Of a stretch of DNA of 64,000 bases, positions 1-9,020 are shown piece by piece; the first letter of the stretch is position 1; each line of letters opens with the position of its first letter. The DNA is taken from the sequence record MF158040; one strand, 5' to 3'. Under the pieces are notes generated by a model. The model did not search any database. It was given only the letters and a program-made list of their open reading frames with translations, and was not told the DNA's origin. Made by a program: the position numbers and the translations under genes. The DNA comes from Shigella phage Sf13.

Positions 1-10
1 CTTCCGACCT

Positions 11-634
11 ATGAAGACATTACATTTCAAGATTTATCCAGCAACATCACTTGGTCCAGAAGCACACTTATGGGCTGGTAAAGTCTATTCGACCACTGAT
101 ATTGAAAACTTAACCTTCACAGGAAGCTTCAGAAAGATTCTGGGTATTTCTTTACAAGATACTGTGGTAGGGGATGAAGAAGAAACTGAAAAGGCAACTT
201 TTGAGGCAACTCCGACTCTGAAGAAAGAGGCAACTCCAAAGGTTAGAACGATTGATGTTACTATAGAGGCTCCTACACACAGACTTGCAGATGTACCTGA
301 GCAAGAGTCTCGATACCAAACTAAAGAAGATGGTCATCAAACTCTGGTTGTAGATAACGTCAGAGATTACTTCAAGTATTTCTGTGATGCAAATCCACAT
401 AGTCATGCTTGGACTACACCACAAAAGAAATTTAACTCCATGTTGACCAGCGCTTGTGAAGATGCTAAAAAGAATGTGGAAGAGTTAAAAGAAGCAATCA
501 GTGTCACAGACCATGTGGTTAATAAGAATGACATTGAGTACACAGTAAGAATGATGTTAAAAGCTGGTTTCACACCTTATCAGATTGCTGAAGAGATTCA
601 AAGGCAATTCTACAACGCAATGGTGAAAGAATGA
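11..634 (+). CDS. hypothetical protein (possibly 5'-truncated at window edge)
   Basis: ORF track 207 aa; ATG at 11 but frame stays open to position 2, so the true start may lie upstream of the window; stop overlaps next start (ATGA). Confidence 0.45.
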   Translation: MKTLHFKIYPATSLGPEAHLWAGKVYSTTDIENLTFTGSFRKILGISLQDTVVGDEEETEKATFEATPTLKKEATPKVRTIDVTIEAPTHRLADVPEQESRYQTKEDGHQTLVVDNVRDYFKYFCDANPHSHAWTTPQKKFNSMLTSACEDAKKNVEELKEAISVTDHVVNKNDIEYTVRMMLKAGFTPYQIAEEIQRQFYNAMVKE

Positions 635-849
635 AAAAGTTTACAACTTTAGGTGAATACTGGAAGCTCTCTGTTTCTGAGCAGTACAGACGAGCTAAGA
701 AGACTAAACAGTGTTATGGCAAAATTGCCAGAGGTGATATCTTAGTATGTACTGAAGAATCACTTAAGAACGTTACTCCCAGAGGTAAGACATTCCAGAG
801 AATGATTGACAGAGAGTGGAATGCACGATTAAAGAGGATTGAACAATGA
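631..849 (+). CDS. hypothetical protein
   Basis: 72 aa ORF; ATG overlaps upstream stop; GGTGAAAG upstream. Confidence 0.45.
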   Translation: MKKFTTLGEYWKLSVSEQYRRAKKTKQCYGKIARGDILVCTEESLKNVTPRGKTFQRMIDREWNARLKRIEQ

Positions 850-1352
850 TTTACGAAGATTCAAGAGACCAGATTTCTTATGAGCAATCTAAGCACCATG
901 TATCTTTCAAGATTGTGAAAGCAAACGGTGATAAAGGGACTATTTCACACTTCGGAGGTGAAAATTGGTTTGGTACAGGATGCTTTGAAGGTTACAGCAG
1001 AGAGTATTTGAAAGCTTTCTACAGAGACTTCTCAGCCGACTATAACGAACTTATCAATCTGGAAAATAAGCGTAGAAATGCTGAGTATAACACCAGAGGA
1101 TGGGCAGGGATAGCAATTATGTTATCTGTAGTTCTTGCTATGATTTGTATCATCTCTTTTGGAAGTGTGTACATGCAAGATTTGACGTTTAACCAAGCTG
1201 AGAAGAAAATTTCTGAGATTTGGTTCTTGTATGTGATTCCAATAGTTGGTATCATCCTCTCATGTTGGAGAATGACGACTTACAAGAAGAGAATTGTAGA
1301 GTCTGAGAAGAATTTTGAAGAGGTAAGTAAAGAATGCAACCTAAAATTTTAG
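846..1352 (+). CDS. hypothetical membrane protein
   Basis: 168 aa ORF; two hydrophobic stretches (GIAIMLSVVLAMICIISFGSV, FLYVIPIVGIILSCW); start overlaps upstream stop. Confidence 0.5.
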   Translation: MIYEDSRDQISYEQSKHHVSFKIVKANGDKGTISHFGGENWFGTGCFEGYSREYLKAFYRDFSADYNELINLENKRRNAEYNTRGWAGIAIMLSVVLAMICIISFGSVYMQDLTFNQAEKKISEIWFLYVIPIVGIILSCWRMTTYKKRIVESEKNFEEVSKECNLKF

Positions 1353-1422
1353 TAATTTGTATCCGCTATGCTATTGCGGAAATGATTAACCAGAAAATAC
1401 TAAAAGATATCTCGGAGGGTAA

Positions 1423-1632
1423 ATGATTAGAACACCTGTCAAGCCTTTTGGCTTTAACACTCTGGAAGAGTTCAAAGAGTACCTTGAGAAAGGTTTCTAC
1501 AATGAACAACCAGTAACAGTGATTAAATCTGACTTAGCACAGCTTGTTGACATTGCTATTGCAGCAACTGAGACTAAGAAGAAAGATAAAAAGACTTCTT
1601 CAAAGAAAGATAAAGAATCTGCTGAAGAGTAA
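1423..1632 (+). CDS. hypothetical protein
   Basis: 69 aa ORF; GGAGGG Shine-Dalgarno 6 nt before ATG; Lys-rich C-terminus. Confidence 0.45.
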   Translation: MIRTPVKPFGFNTLEEFKEYLEKGFYNEQPVTVIKSDLAQLVDIAIAATETKKKDKKTSSKKDKESAEE

Positions 1633-1673
1633 TCTGTCAAGGGGTGTAAAAGCCCCTGTTTAGAGGAAAAACT

Positions 1674-1970
1674 ATGACTCCACAATCCAGAGGCGTTAAA
1701 GGTATTCATCCTCCAAAGGGTGGTTGGAAAGATAACACTTTCTATATCGTTGAAGTTGCTTACAAGCCACTTAACATGATTCATAAAGCGATGTTCTACA
1801 CAGGGTTCTGCGATGATAATGGTGTACCTGCTGGTTACAACTGGCTTATGAATGGTGGTTATGAAGAACTTTGCAACATTCAAGAAGCTTATTACTTGAA
1901 AGCTATTGCAGAGTTACCTGATGAGTTTCAAATTGAGAGAGATGAGGATTGGAAAGATGAAGAATGTTAA
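1674..1970 (+). CDS. hypothetical protein
   Basis: 98 aa ORF; AGAGGAAAA before ATG. Confidence 0.5.
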   Translation: MTPQSRGVKGIHPPKGGWKDNTFYIVEVAYKPLNMIHKAMFYTGFCDDNGVPAGYNWLMNGGYEELCNIQEAYYLKAIAELPDEFQIERDEDWKDEEC

Positions 1971-2391
1971 AGAGGTAGTGCGTAAAGCTTTGCTTAACAA
2001 CGGGACTAAAGATGATATGTACAAAGATATCGTTGCAGAATTTGGTTGTTCAAGACATACTGCAAAGGTTCTTCTTCATAGCTTTATCTGGGAGTGTTCA
2101 GAAGCTTACATGCAATCTGTAATAACTGAAGGGCTTGATATGTCTCTACCTGAACGCTTCAAAGAAGAGACTAAGGCTAGTTCCATAAAGCTAAACACAC
2201 TCTATATTGTAGAAACCGTTGATACAGGTGAACCAGTAGGCACAATACATATTGAAAGTATGTGTGATGGTAAGTTCCTTGGTTATGGTGAAGCAAACGC
2301 ATATAGTGCATTCTCAACCGCACACTGGATAGTTGAAAATGATGGGTATATTCAGGTCAATGGTAAAAATACTTTCAAACTTAAGATGTGA
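1957..2391 (+). CDS. hypothetical protein
   Basis: ORF track 1906..2391 begins with TTG; in-frame ATG at 1957 (MKNVKEV...) has a GAGGA 8 nt upstream and overlaps the upstream stop. Confidence 0.4.
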   Translation: MKNVKEVVRKALLNNGTKDDMYKDIVAEFGCSRHTAKVLLHSFIWECSEAYMQSVITEGLDMSLPERFKEETKASSIKLNTLYIVETVDTGEPVGTIHIESMCDGKFLGYGEANAYSAFSTAHWIVENDGYIQVNGKNTFKLKM

Positions 2392-3059
2392 TTATGGGAC
2401 ACCTACTGAAGAAGAGTTGGAAGAACTTAGCAGATATGGTTCCCCATCTGAAGAGGAAGAGAAAGAACTCCGAAGAATGGGAAGCAATTACTAAGAAATG
2501 TTTTAAGGATTTGATAGAGATGAAAAAGTTTGAACTTGAGAGTAATTATATCACATTTAGTGTTAAAGATGTAGACAGACACTTTACCAAAGATGAGAAA
2601 AGTGACCTGTATCGTCTTATTCATCGGATGAATTATCGTAGAAATCTAACAGGTAAAGAGCCACTTGAAGGTATCTTTGTCAAGAAGTCTTACCCGTTCT
2701 ATGAAGATACTTTGAAGAAACTCGAGATGTATGTTAAGCAGCAGAACCGTAAAGAGTTCTCTATGATTTCTCTTGGTGGACAACAAATGCTGGTTATGGA
2801 AGATATAAACCCTAAAAGAACTAACAAGGGTGTTTGTATCAAGGTCACAGGTAAAGAAGAATTTGTTGATTATGACATACTCAGACACATTATAGATGGT
2901 TTGGGTGCTGCACTGAACATGAATGAATACCATATTAGTTCACACCCGATTAAGGGTGACCAGATAATGATTCAGGTAAGAGAACGCCATAATGGGTTCA
3001 CACACTTCTTCCAAACTTCTAAAACTTCATTGCAAACTATGCTTAGTGAAGTGATGTAA
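2388..3059 (+). CDS. hypothetical protein
   Basis: 223 aa ORF; first codon appears to be GTG overlapping the upstream stop (ATG alternative at 2394); followed by a terminator. Confidence 0.45.
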   Translation: MIMGHLLKKSWKNLADMVPHLKRKRKNSEEWEAITKKCFKDLIEMKKFELESNYITFSVKDVDRHFTKDEKSDLYRLIHRMNYRRNLTGKEPLEGIFVKKSYPFYEDTLKKLEMYVKQQNRKEFSMISLGGQQMLVMEDINPKRTNKGVCIKVTGKEEFVDYDILRHIIDGLGAALNMNEYHISSHPIKGDQIMIQVRERHNGFTHFFQTSKTSLQTMLSEVM

Positions 3060-3067
3060 AACTATAC

Positions 3068-3092
3068 AGCCCCTTAATTGGGGCTTTTTATT
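3068..3092 (+). terminator. rho-independent terminator
   Basis: AGCCCC-TTAATT-GGGGCT hairpin followed by TTTTTATT, directly after the 2388..3059 stop. Confidence 0.6.
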
Positions 3093-4602
3093 GAGTAAAA
3101 TTTACTAAATTTATAATTTTTATAAAATTTGGGATTCACTCCGTTCATCTTGGGTCACCATGATATGTGATAAAATATCTATACCCTTCTAAACACCCTC
3201 TCTAAGCATCATCTCTATATAGTATTATATAGTATCTATATAGCCTCTTAGCCCCTAAATAGTGCTCTCTATATAGCCCTCTATAAAGCCTTCTAAGCCT
3301 ACCATTAATCAACCCTATACAATCACCTTCCTAACCTCTTCATAGCCCCTTAGAAGCCCCTATACTCATCTTAATCTCTAGGTAAACGATAGTACACTAT
3401 ATAGCAGAATCACTAGGTATTACTAAGCCTCTATATAGACTGTTATATAACACTAAACAGGTATTCCCTTCTAAGGCTTATCCTACAAGGTCTAACACGG
3501 TACTAACAAGGTCTCTTATAAGCCTGTTAATTCCTGTTTTATATAAGATAGTGTATAGATAGTTATTCAGTTCTATAAAATTTTTATAAAATAGACTAGG
3601 TAGTGTTTGTTTAGGAGTCTTTGGAGAATCTGAAAAATATCTACTTAGGGTGTATATCTGCTTGGTAGCCCTTAACAGCCCTGTAACATCCCCTTTGCAG
3701 TTTATTAAAATATCATTAACAATTTCTTAACAACTCTCTCAAGCTCTTAACATCTCTTCAGAGTTCTTAACAATCCCTTAACAGAACTAACAAGAGCTTA
3801 ACAAGTCTGTAACGTTGCTTACAAGAGTCTAACAAGTTGCTTATAAGTTGCTAAATAGTTAAATCTTAAGAGTTATTTTGTTAAGATAATTAACAAGGTG
3901 CTAACAAGTTCTAAACCTTTTTAACAGTCTCTTAACATGGTCACTATCTCTTGGTCTATAGTTCCCTATGTTTCTTAGTGATTCTCTATAAAGCCCTCTT
4001 AAAAGCTCTCTATAGCTCTGTATAGCCTCTTCTAAGCTTCTCCCTAGTAACTACACCCCAACTACCTGTATAGCTCTTTATAGGGCTTTCTAGGGGCTTA
4101 TACAGGTACTTCAAAGAGTCTAACAAGCTTTTAACATACCTCTAACAAGGATTTAACAAGGGGCTAACAAGTCTCTAATAAGCATAACTATGTAGCATTT
4201 GTTAAGATTTTGTTAAGAGAATGTAAAGGGGGCTAACTTTTACGTTACTTTTAAGGTTCTTTTACGTTACTTTGAAGACTCCATAACATACTTTAAAGCT
4301 ATTATCAAGCCCCTTTGTAACCATTCACAAGATTCTATCCAGCTTATAAGCTTATACCCTTATAAGATTCTTTTAAGGCTCTAGAAAGCTCTATAAAGGG
4401 CTTTTAAGAGTAGGTTAATATGATTGCTTAAGATGAGATGATAAGCCCGTATAGAGCGTTATAGAGCGTTTTAGGGATTGCCCTTCCCTTTCGGGTTATG
4501 GGCTTATATTTAAGTTGATTTGATAAGAGGATATAGAGTAAGCTATAGAGTTATTATTCTAAATGTATGGGATAGATTCTAGGAAGGTTTCTTTATAGAC
4601 GT
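3093..4602. other. 1.5 kb ORF-free region with short-motif arrays
   Basis: No ORF of 60 aa or more on either strand; + strand visibly G-poor; about 10 copies of (C/T)TAACAAG between 3490 and 4180; many CTATA(A/T)AG(C) motifs; tandem GTTATAGAGCG at about 4455-4480; bounded by inward-facing terminators. Confidence 0.5.
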
Positions 4603-4623
4603 AAAAAGCCCCATCTAAGGGGC
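4603..4623 (-). terminator. rho-independent terminator
   Basis: On the minus strand GCCCC-TTAGAT-GGGGC then TTTTT, just downstream of the 4666..4923 stop; a second GGGGC/GCCCC hairpin lies at about 4637-4651. Confidence 0.55.
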
Positions 4624-4665
4624 TGTAAAGGTGTCTGGGGCTATTTGCCCCGTTGCGGCGACTTG

Positions 4666-4923
4666 TTAGTTATTGAAGCCGTCAACTTCATAGTAAAGCG
4701 TGATAAGAGAATCACCCCAATAGTAAGAGGATTTGCCATCCTTTAAGACTTCTTGTTTTACTTCTTTCCAGAACCACTCAGATTGATTGTAGTCCTGAAT
4801 AGTTGCTTTTAGACACATATCAACCATGCCAAAAACATCGCCAGTTCCAACCATATCAAATTTAACATCTAATACATGGAAGCCAAAATTGTTAACAGTT
4901 GCGTGGATAGTAGCCATTTTCAT
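4666..4923 (-). CDS. hypothetical protein
   Basis: 85 aa ORF preceded by a type B cassette; GGAGA lies only 2 nt from the first ATG, so the second ATG at 4917 may be the real start. Confidence 0.5.
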   Translation of the reverse strand: MKMATIHATVNNFGFHVLDVKFDMVGTGDVFGMVDMCLKATIQDYNQSEWFWKEVKQEVLKDGKSSYYWGDSLITLYYEVDGFNN

Positions 4924-4983
4924 ATTCTCCAGTTTAGGAATTTTGTTTTAGTGGGGAAGTCTCCCTCCCCGTTGAAAGTAATA
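4924..4983 (-). promoter_or_regulatory. cassette type B (GC hairpin + conserved RBS)
   Basis: Minus sense: GGGGAGGGAGACTTCCCC hairpin then AAATTCCTAAACTGGAGAAT before ATG. Confidence 0.5.
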
Positions 4984-5247
4984 TTAATTCATTGCTGCAT
5001 AAGTTGCAAGTCTTTTTTCATTGTATTTTGTAAGAATCTCACAAGATAAAACGTCATACTTTGCAACGGCTTCAGATTTAGTTAAACCGAAATGGCTTAC
5101 AATTTCACCATTCATGAATCCGACTACTTCATAAGATTCTGCGATGATTTCACCGTTGAACCAATCACTTTCAATACGTTTGCAAAGTTGGATATCTTCT
5201 TTGTCAGTACCGATTTGTAACAGGATAGTGATTTCTTGATTATTCAT
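4984..5247 (-). CDS. hypothetical protein
   Basis: 87 aa ORF; ATG preceded by cassette with CTGGAGA. Confidence 0.5.
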   Translation of the reverse strand: MNNQEITILLQIGTDKEDIQLCKRIESDWFNGEIIAESYEVVGFMNGEIVSHFGLTKSEAVAKYDVLSCEILTKYNEKRLATYAAMN

Positions 5248-5307
5248 TTTCTAGTCTCCAGTTTAGGATTGTTGGGGAAGGTCATTCCCTCCCCGTTGAT
5301 AAGTACT
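5248..5307 (-). promoter_or_regulatory. cassette type B
   Basis: GGGAA-GGTCA-TTCCC hairpin plus CCTAAACTGGAGA motif. Confidence 0.5.
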
Positions 5308-5835
5308 TTATAGATTTGTGATGATTTCGTCAAGGGAATTTTCTAAGTTTTTTAAAGATTGTTCGTAAAGTCTAATTCCCCTATTTAATGCTTCCCCTAA
5401 CGTAATTTTAAAACTAGTTGTTGGGTAGTCACTTGTAAAGATGTTTTCCACTTCATAGAGTGGGTATTGTTGGTTACCCGTTCCCATAGCATACATGCCT
5501 GTATAGTGGATTGCAATAAAAAGATTATGGGACTTAATAGAGCGCTCATAAGCCATTTTAAAGCGGTTTAACTCGTTTTTAGTTGCCTTAATAGCCATTT
5601 CGTGAATTTCTGCGACTATAGCCATATAATCATTCAGAATGAGAGAAATAGCCCCCATAAAGTTGTTGGCTGTTACCGCTTTTACATTTGGTCGGTGTAC
5701 ATAAAACTTCTTATCTTCCCCTTTTGTGATAACTGCAAAAACTTTACTCTTTAAGGTAAATTCCCAAGTGTCTTTACAAGGCTTGCTCATCACTTCACGG
5801 CTACGGATTGCATTAACAGCATTAAACTTATTCAT
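5308..5835 (-). CDS. hypothetical protein
   Basis: 175 aa ORF; ATG start preceded by cassette. Confidence 0.5.
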   Translation of the reverse strand: MNKFNAVNAIRSREVMSKPCKDTWEFTLKSKVFAVITKGEDKKFYVHRPNVKAVTANNFMGAISLILNDYMAIVAEIHEMAIKATKNELNRFKMAYERSIKSHNLFIAIHYTGMYAMGTGNQQYPLYEVENIFTSDYPTTSFKITLGEALNRGIRLYEQSLKNLENSLDEIITNL

Positions 5836-5900
5836 TCTAGATTCTCCAGTTTAGGAATTTTGTTTTAGTGGGGAAGTCTCCCTCCCCGTTGATGAATACT
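5836..5900 (-). promoter_or_regulatory. cassette type B
   Basis: Near-identical to the copy at 4924..4983. Confidence 0.5.
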
Positions 5901-6041
5901 TTACTTGTTTTGATTCTGCATTGCAAGTAGTTTTTTATCAAAAACTTTATCTGAGATTTCACCAATGATGAGTACTGCTAATGGCAACACAACAGAAACA
6001 ATCATACCACAAAGGATAGGGTTTTTAATGATATCTAACAT
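5901..6041 (-). CDS. small hydrophobic protein (46 aa, below ORF-track cutoff)
   Basis: Read by eye: MLDIIKNPILCGMIVSVVLPLAVLIIGEISDKVFDKKLLAMQNQNK; preceded by CTGGAGAAT; its 3' end and downstream flank repeat those of 9352..9699; coordinates +/-1. Confidence 0.3.
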   Translation of the reverse strand: MLDIIKNPILCGMIVSVVLPLAVLIIGEISDKVFDKKLLAMQNQNK

Positions 6042-6237
6042 TTAGTGATTCTCCAGTTTAGGAAGTTGCCTTTTGAAGATACTATATAGATATGATTAAA
6101 CCTTTGCAAGTACTTTTTACGCTTATCTATAAAGAATCTATTAAGTTAATCCCTTTTAGATAAACCCCCTCGAACAAAGTTACACTTGTCAAGGGGCATT
6201 GTCAATAGTTTTTCAAAAGATTTTTATAAGTTGTTGA

Positions 6238-6579
6238 TTAGCTTATAAAGATTTTTTCTGGCTTAACATAGGTTAATGACTGTTTTTTAAGCAAATCAGA
6301 CCAAATGAGCGCGGCAATGTGACTATATCCCTTTTCTCTTAACTCCTGCATAGCTGATTTGCGAGTTTCGAAACGTGTAGCGTAGTATTCAGTGTTAAGG
6401 GTAGTTTTATTCCCTTCATTGTCAACATGTACAATCTGCATCACTTGAAAGGGGCTTACATCTTCTCCCCTGTTCCATTGCTCAAAGTACTTGAGACACT
6501 GCATAGGTTTCATTTTGTCGTTAACTTGGGTAGACCATGACGAATTTTCTTTATCGGTGATAATTGTTACATAGGCCAT
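6238..6579 (-). CDS. hypothetical protein
   Basis: 113 aa ORF; ATG start; type A cassette upstream. Confidence 0.5.
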   Translation of the reverse strand: MAYVTIITDKENSSWSTQVNDKMKPMQCLKYFEQWNRGEDVSPFQVMQIVHVDNEGNKTTLNTEYYATRFETRKSAMQELREKGYSHIAALIWSDLLKKQSLTYVKPEKIFIS

Positions 6580-6664
6580 TTTCAGATTCTCCAGTTTAGG
6601 ATTGTTGGTAAAGCTCTTTATCTGGGGCTTAAGATACTAGCTTTTAAACCCCATGTAAAGCACT
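6580..6664 (-). promoter_or_regulatory. cassette type A (promoter-like + GGGG/CCCC clamp + RBS)
   Basis: Minus sense: TTTACA-N17-TATCTT between GGGG and CCCC, then AGCTTTACCAACAATCCTAAACTGGAGAATCTGAA-ATG. Confidence 0.5.
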
Positions 6665-6862
6665 TTAATAAATTCTATCCATCAGATTATTCACGGCCAT
6701 AATTGCATTATCTTTGAAGTGTGGATGACTGCTATTCTGTGAGAATAGTATTTCTCCATTGTATACTATTTTTAGGTCTATCTTTGAACCTTCCATGTTA
6801 AGGTTACACTCTACACCTTTTAAACACCACAAGGTAGAAAGTTTTTGCATCAGTGATAACAT
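6665..6862 (-). CDS. hypothetical protein
   Basis: 65 aa ORF; ATG start after cassette. Confidence 0.45.
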   Translation of the reverse strand: MLSLMQKLSTLWCLKGVECNLNMEGSKIDLKIVYNGEILFSQNSSHPHFKDNAIMAVNNLMDRIY

Positions 6863-6953
6863 TTTAGATTCTCCAGTTTAGGATTGTTGGTAAAGCTCTT
6901 TATCTGGGGCTTATCTTATCTAACTATAAACCCCATGTAAAGTACTTTATTAG
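6863..6953 (-). promoter_or_regulatory. cassette type A
   Basis: TTTACA-N17-TAAGAT, GGGG/CCCC, CTGGAGA RBS. Confidence 0.5.
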
Positions 6954-7175
6954 TTATTTGTAGTAATAATATGTAAACTCATTTATCAGGCTTCCATCCT
7001 CATCATTATACTGCTTATGACTAGCCAGATAACCGCCATTAGCTAGAATTTCATCAATCAACTTTTTAGCGTCATCGTTGGGAATCCTAACAGGTTTACT
7101 AAACGGCTGTAAATAGGTACGACGAACATTTGAGAATTTAAAATCAATGGTTTTTACGTTAAGAACTTGCAACAT
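6954..7175 (-). CDS. hypothetical protein
   Basis: ORF track 6954..7253 begins with TTG inside the cassette; the in-frame ATG at 7175 (MLQVLNV...) follows GGAGA at the same spacing as other array genes. Confidence 0.45.
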   Translation of the reverse strand: MLQVLNVKTIDFKFSNVRRTYLQPFSKPVRIPNDDAKKLIDEILANGGYLASHKQYNDEDGSLINEFTYYYYK

Positions 7176-7253
7176 TTTTTGAATCTCCAGTTTAGGATTG
7201 TTGGGATGTTTCCCGTTGATGAATACTTTACTTTCTTGCGTTTTCAGTGTCAA
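7176..7253 (-). promoter_or_regulatory. cassette type B
   Basis: GGGA-TGTT-TCCC hairpin, CGTTGATGAATACTTTA module, CTGGAGA RBS. Confidence 0.45.
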
Positions 7254-7484
7254 CTACTTTTCTATAAGAATCTCATATTCACCATTCACACTATCAAAGT
7301 AAATACCTTCATCATCTTCTGATTTATAGTAGCACTGTATATCATCCGATGCTGGGTAGTCTTGCCTTGCTATCTGACAGGCAACAATAGCATTATTTTC
7401 GCTACCTGTAAACTCTTCTAAACCTTTAAAGTTGCATTGTGAACCATTGCAGATAGATAGAATAAGATAGATTGTTGTAAGCAT
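7254..7484 (-). CDS. hypothetical Cys-containing protein
   Basis: 76 aa ORF; ATG start; no cassette upstream, only a GC hairpin (about 7505-7525). Confidence 0.45.
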   Translation of the reverse strand: MLTTIYLILSICNGSQCNFKGLEEFTGSENNAIVACQIARQDYPASDDIQCYYKSEDDEGIYFDSVNGEYEILIEK

Positions 7485-7547
7485 CTTTTAAGCCTCTTGT
7501 AAGCCCCTGTGCGGGGCTTTTCTAGTGAACTGGTGTGATTCTATGGT

Positions 7548-8105
7548 TTATGCTGTTAAGTCGTTTATAACCGTTTCTGTTACGTTGCATTGCATGGTGT
7601 CAAAGATATCACAATATACATTGCTCATCCCATCACTACGTTGGACTATTTCTGCAATGTTGCGTAGTTCGTCTGGTACATATCCTAAATTTCTATTGTT
7701 TAGGTTAGGGACAAAGAAAGGCGCATACATAGCATTAAATTCAGTTGTGTAAACCTTTTTAATCCATTCTTTATCGAAATATTCTGTAAAGCTTGCTACG
7801 TCGCTCATGTTCTCACAGCTCCAGTCATCTTGTAAATCATCTTCTGGAATATCCAGTTCCAAGATAACAAGCTTTTGTGACTTCATTTGATAGGCTGCTG
7901 TAATGCTTGCGCTATCAAGCGCGTTTCTAATACCTTCATCTGTGATTTGTTCGTCATCCAGATTCTCTACATCATAGAACTTGTTAACAGGGTAGACGTA
8001 AAAACATCCATCCATATCAGAGCAATTCCAAGCTCCTGATGGTTTATCACCGCCATTGATAAGGTTTACAAAGTTTTCTTGTGTAGTACCATGAAAGCAT
8101 TTCAT
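7548..8105 (-). CDS. hypothetical acidic protein
   Basis: 185 aa ORF, markedly Asp/Glu-rich; ATG start after type A cassette. Confidence 0.5.
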   Translation of the reverse strand: MKCFHGTTQENFVNLINGGDKPSGAWNCSDMDGCFYVYPVNKFYDVENLDDEQITDEGIRNALDSASITAAYQMKSQKLVILELDIPEDDLQDDWSCENMSDVASFTEYFDKEWIKKVYTTEFNAMYAPFFVPNLNNRNLGYVPDELRNIAEIVQRSDGMSNVYCDIFDTMQCNVTETVINDLTA

Positions 8106-8189
8106 TTTAGATTCTCCAGTTTAGGATTGTTGGTAAAGCTCTTTATCTGGGGCTTATCTTATCTAACTATAAACCCCATGTAAAGCACT
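8106..8189 (-). promoter_or_regulatory. cassette type A
   Basis: TTTACA-TGGGGTTTATAGTTAGA-TAAGAT, CCCC, CTGGAGAATCTAAA-ATG. Confidence 0.5.
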
Positions 8190-8438
8190 TTATTTAGTTT
8201 TCTTTGTAAAGATTAGTTTAACGGCAACAGTTGGTAACTCTTCAATACTTGTGAACAAAGTCACTTTTTGAGTCTTGACATTATAGCCATACTTTGAACC
8301 ATAAGCCGTAAAACGGTTTACAATGTAACTGTAAGTTTTTGCAGTGTTATCTGGCATATGATATAAAAACGGCTTGCCAAGGTTATCAAGTTGTGTTAAG
8401 AGTCGGCATGTATCAGGGATATTCAACATATTAAACAT
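8190..8438 (-). CDS. hypothetical protein
   Basis: 82 aa ORF; ATG start after cassette. Confidence 0.45.
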   Translation of the reverse strand: MFNMLNIPDTCRLLTQLDNLGKPFLYHMPDNTAKTYSYIVNRFTAYGSKYGYNVKTQKVTLFTSIEELPTVAVKLIFTKKTK

Positions 8439-8523
8439 TTTCAGATTCTCCAGTTTAGGATTGTTGGGGCTTCTAACTTGCCCCGTTGATGAGTACTCTA
8501 CTACTATGCTTTTGCAATGTCAA
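8439..8523 (-). promoter_or_regulatory. cassette type B
   Basis: GGGGC-AAGTTAGAA-GCCCC hairpin plus RBS motif. Confidence 0.5.
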
Positions 8524-8931
8524 TCAAATCTCTGAATAAATTGCATCGCAGATTTCACGGAAAACTTCAACCGGTAAGTTACGCTGTAACCATGTTGCAA
8601 AGAAATCAGCAATTGCAAAGTTTGCATCAAAATCAACACATAGCCACACTTTAACAGCAAATCTAAACATTTTCAAGTCAAGTTCTTTATTCATTACTTT
8701 TGACTTTGACAGCATTTCTTTCATCTCATACTGAGCACCGTCAATTATAGCTCCTGCTGCTACATCTTGCAAGGATTCTTTAAGCTGTTTTGTGTCTACT
8801 ACTGCGCCCTGAATTTTACCGATGATATTATGTAGTGTTTCGTCTGGTGCTGCTGATGTTACAATGTTGATGCGGTTAATGGTCAAACGTGCTTTCAAAA
8901 TTGCAACTTCTTTGTGATTAACATTAGTCAT
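8524..8931 (-). CDS. hypothetical protein
   Basis: 135 aa ORF; ATG start after cassette. Confidence 0.5.
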   Translation of the reverse strand: MTNVNHKEVAILKARLTINRINIVTSAAPDETLHNIIGKIQGAVVDTKQLKESLQDVAAGAIIDGAQYEMKEMLSKSKVMNKELDLKMFRFAVKVWLCVDFDANFAIADFFATWLQRNLPVEVFREICDAIYSEI

Positions 8932-9020
8932 TTTCTAGTCTCCAGTTTAGGTTAGTTTTAGATAAATCTCTTTATCTGGGGCTATCTTAGCAACTTGATA
9001 ACCCCATGTAAAGCAATTTA
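8932..9020 (-). promoter_or_regulatory. cassette type A (variant)
   Basis: TTTACA-N17-TAAGAT; RBS variant CTGGAGACTAGAAA. Confidence 0.45.

Noticed and set aside
3093-4602. tRNA genes or small protein genes in the ORF-free region
   Set aside because: Looked for tRNA-like GC stems and T-loop signatures (GTTCGAATC-like) and for ORFs with an RBS; found none. The region is AT-rich with stops in all frames.
7525-7752. 75 aa + strand ORF antisense to the 7548..8105 gene
   Set aside because: Overlaps a well-supported minus-strand gene that has a cassette and ATG start; no independent signals.
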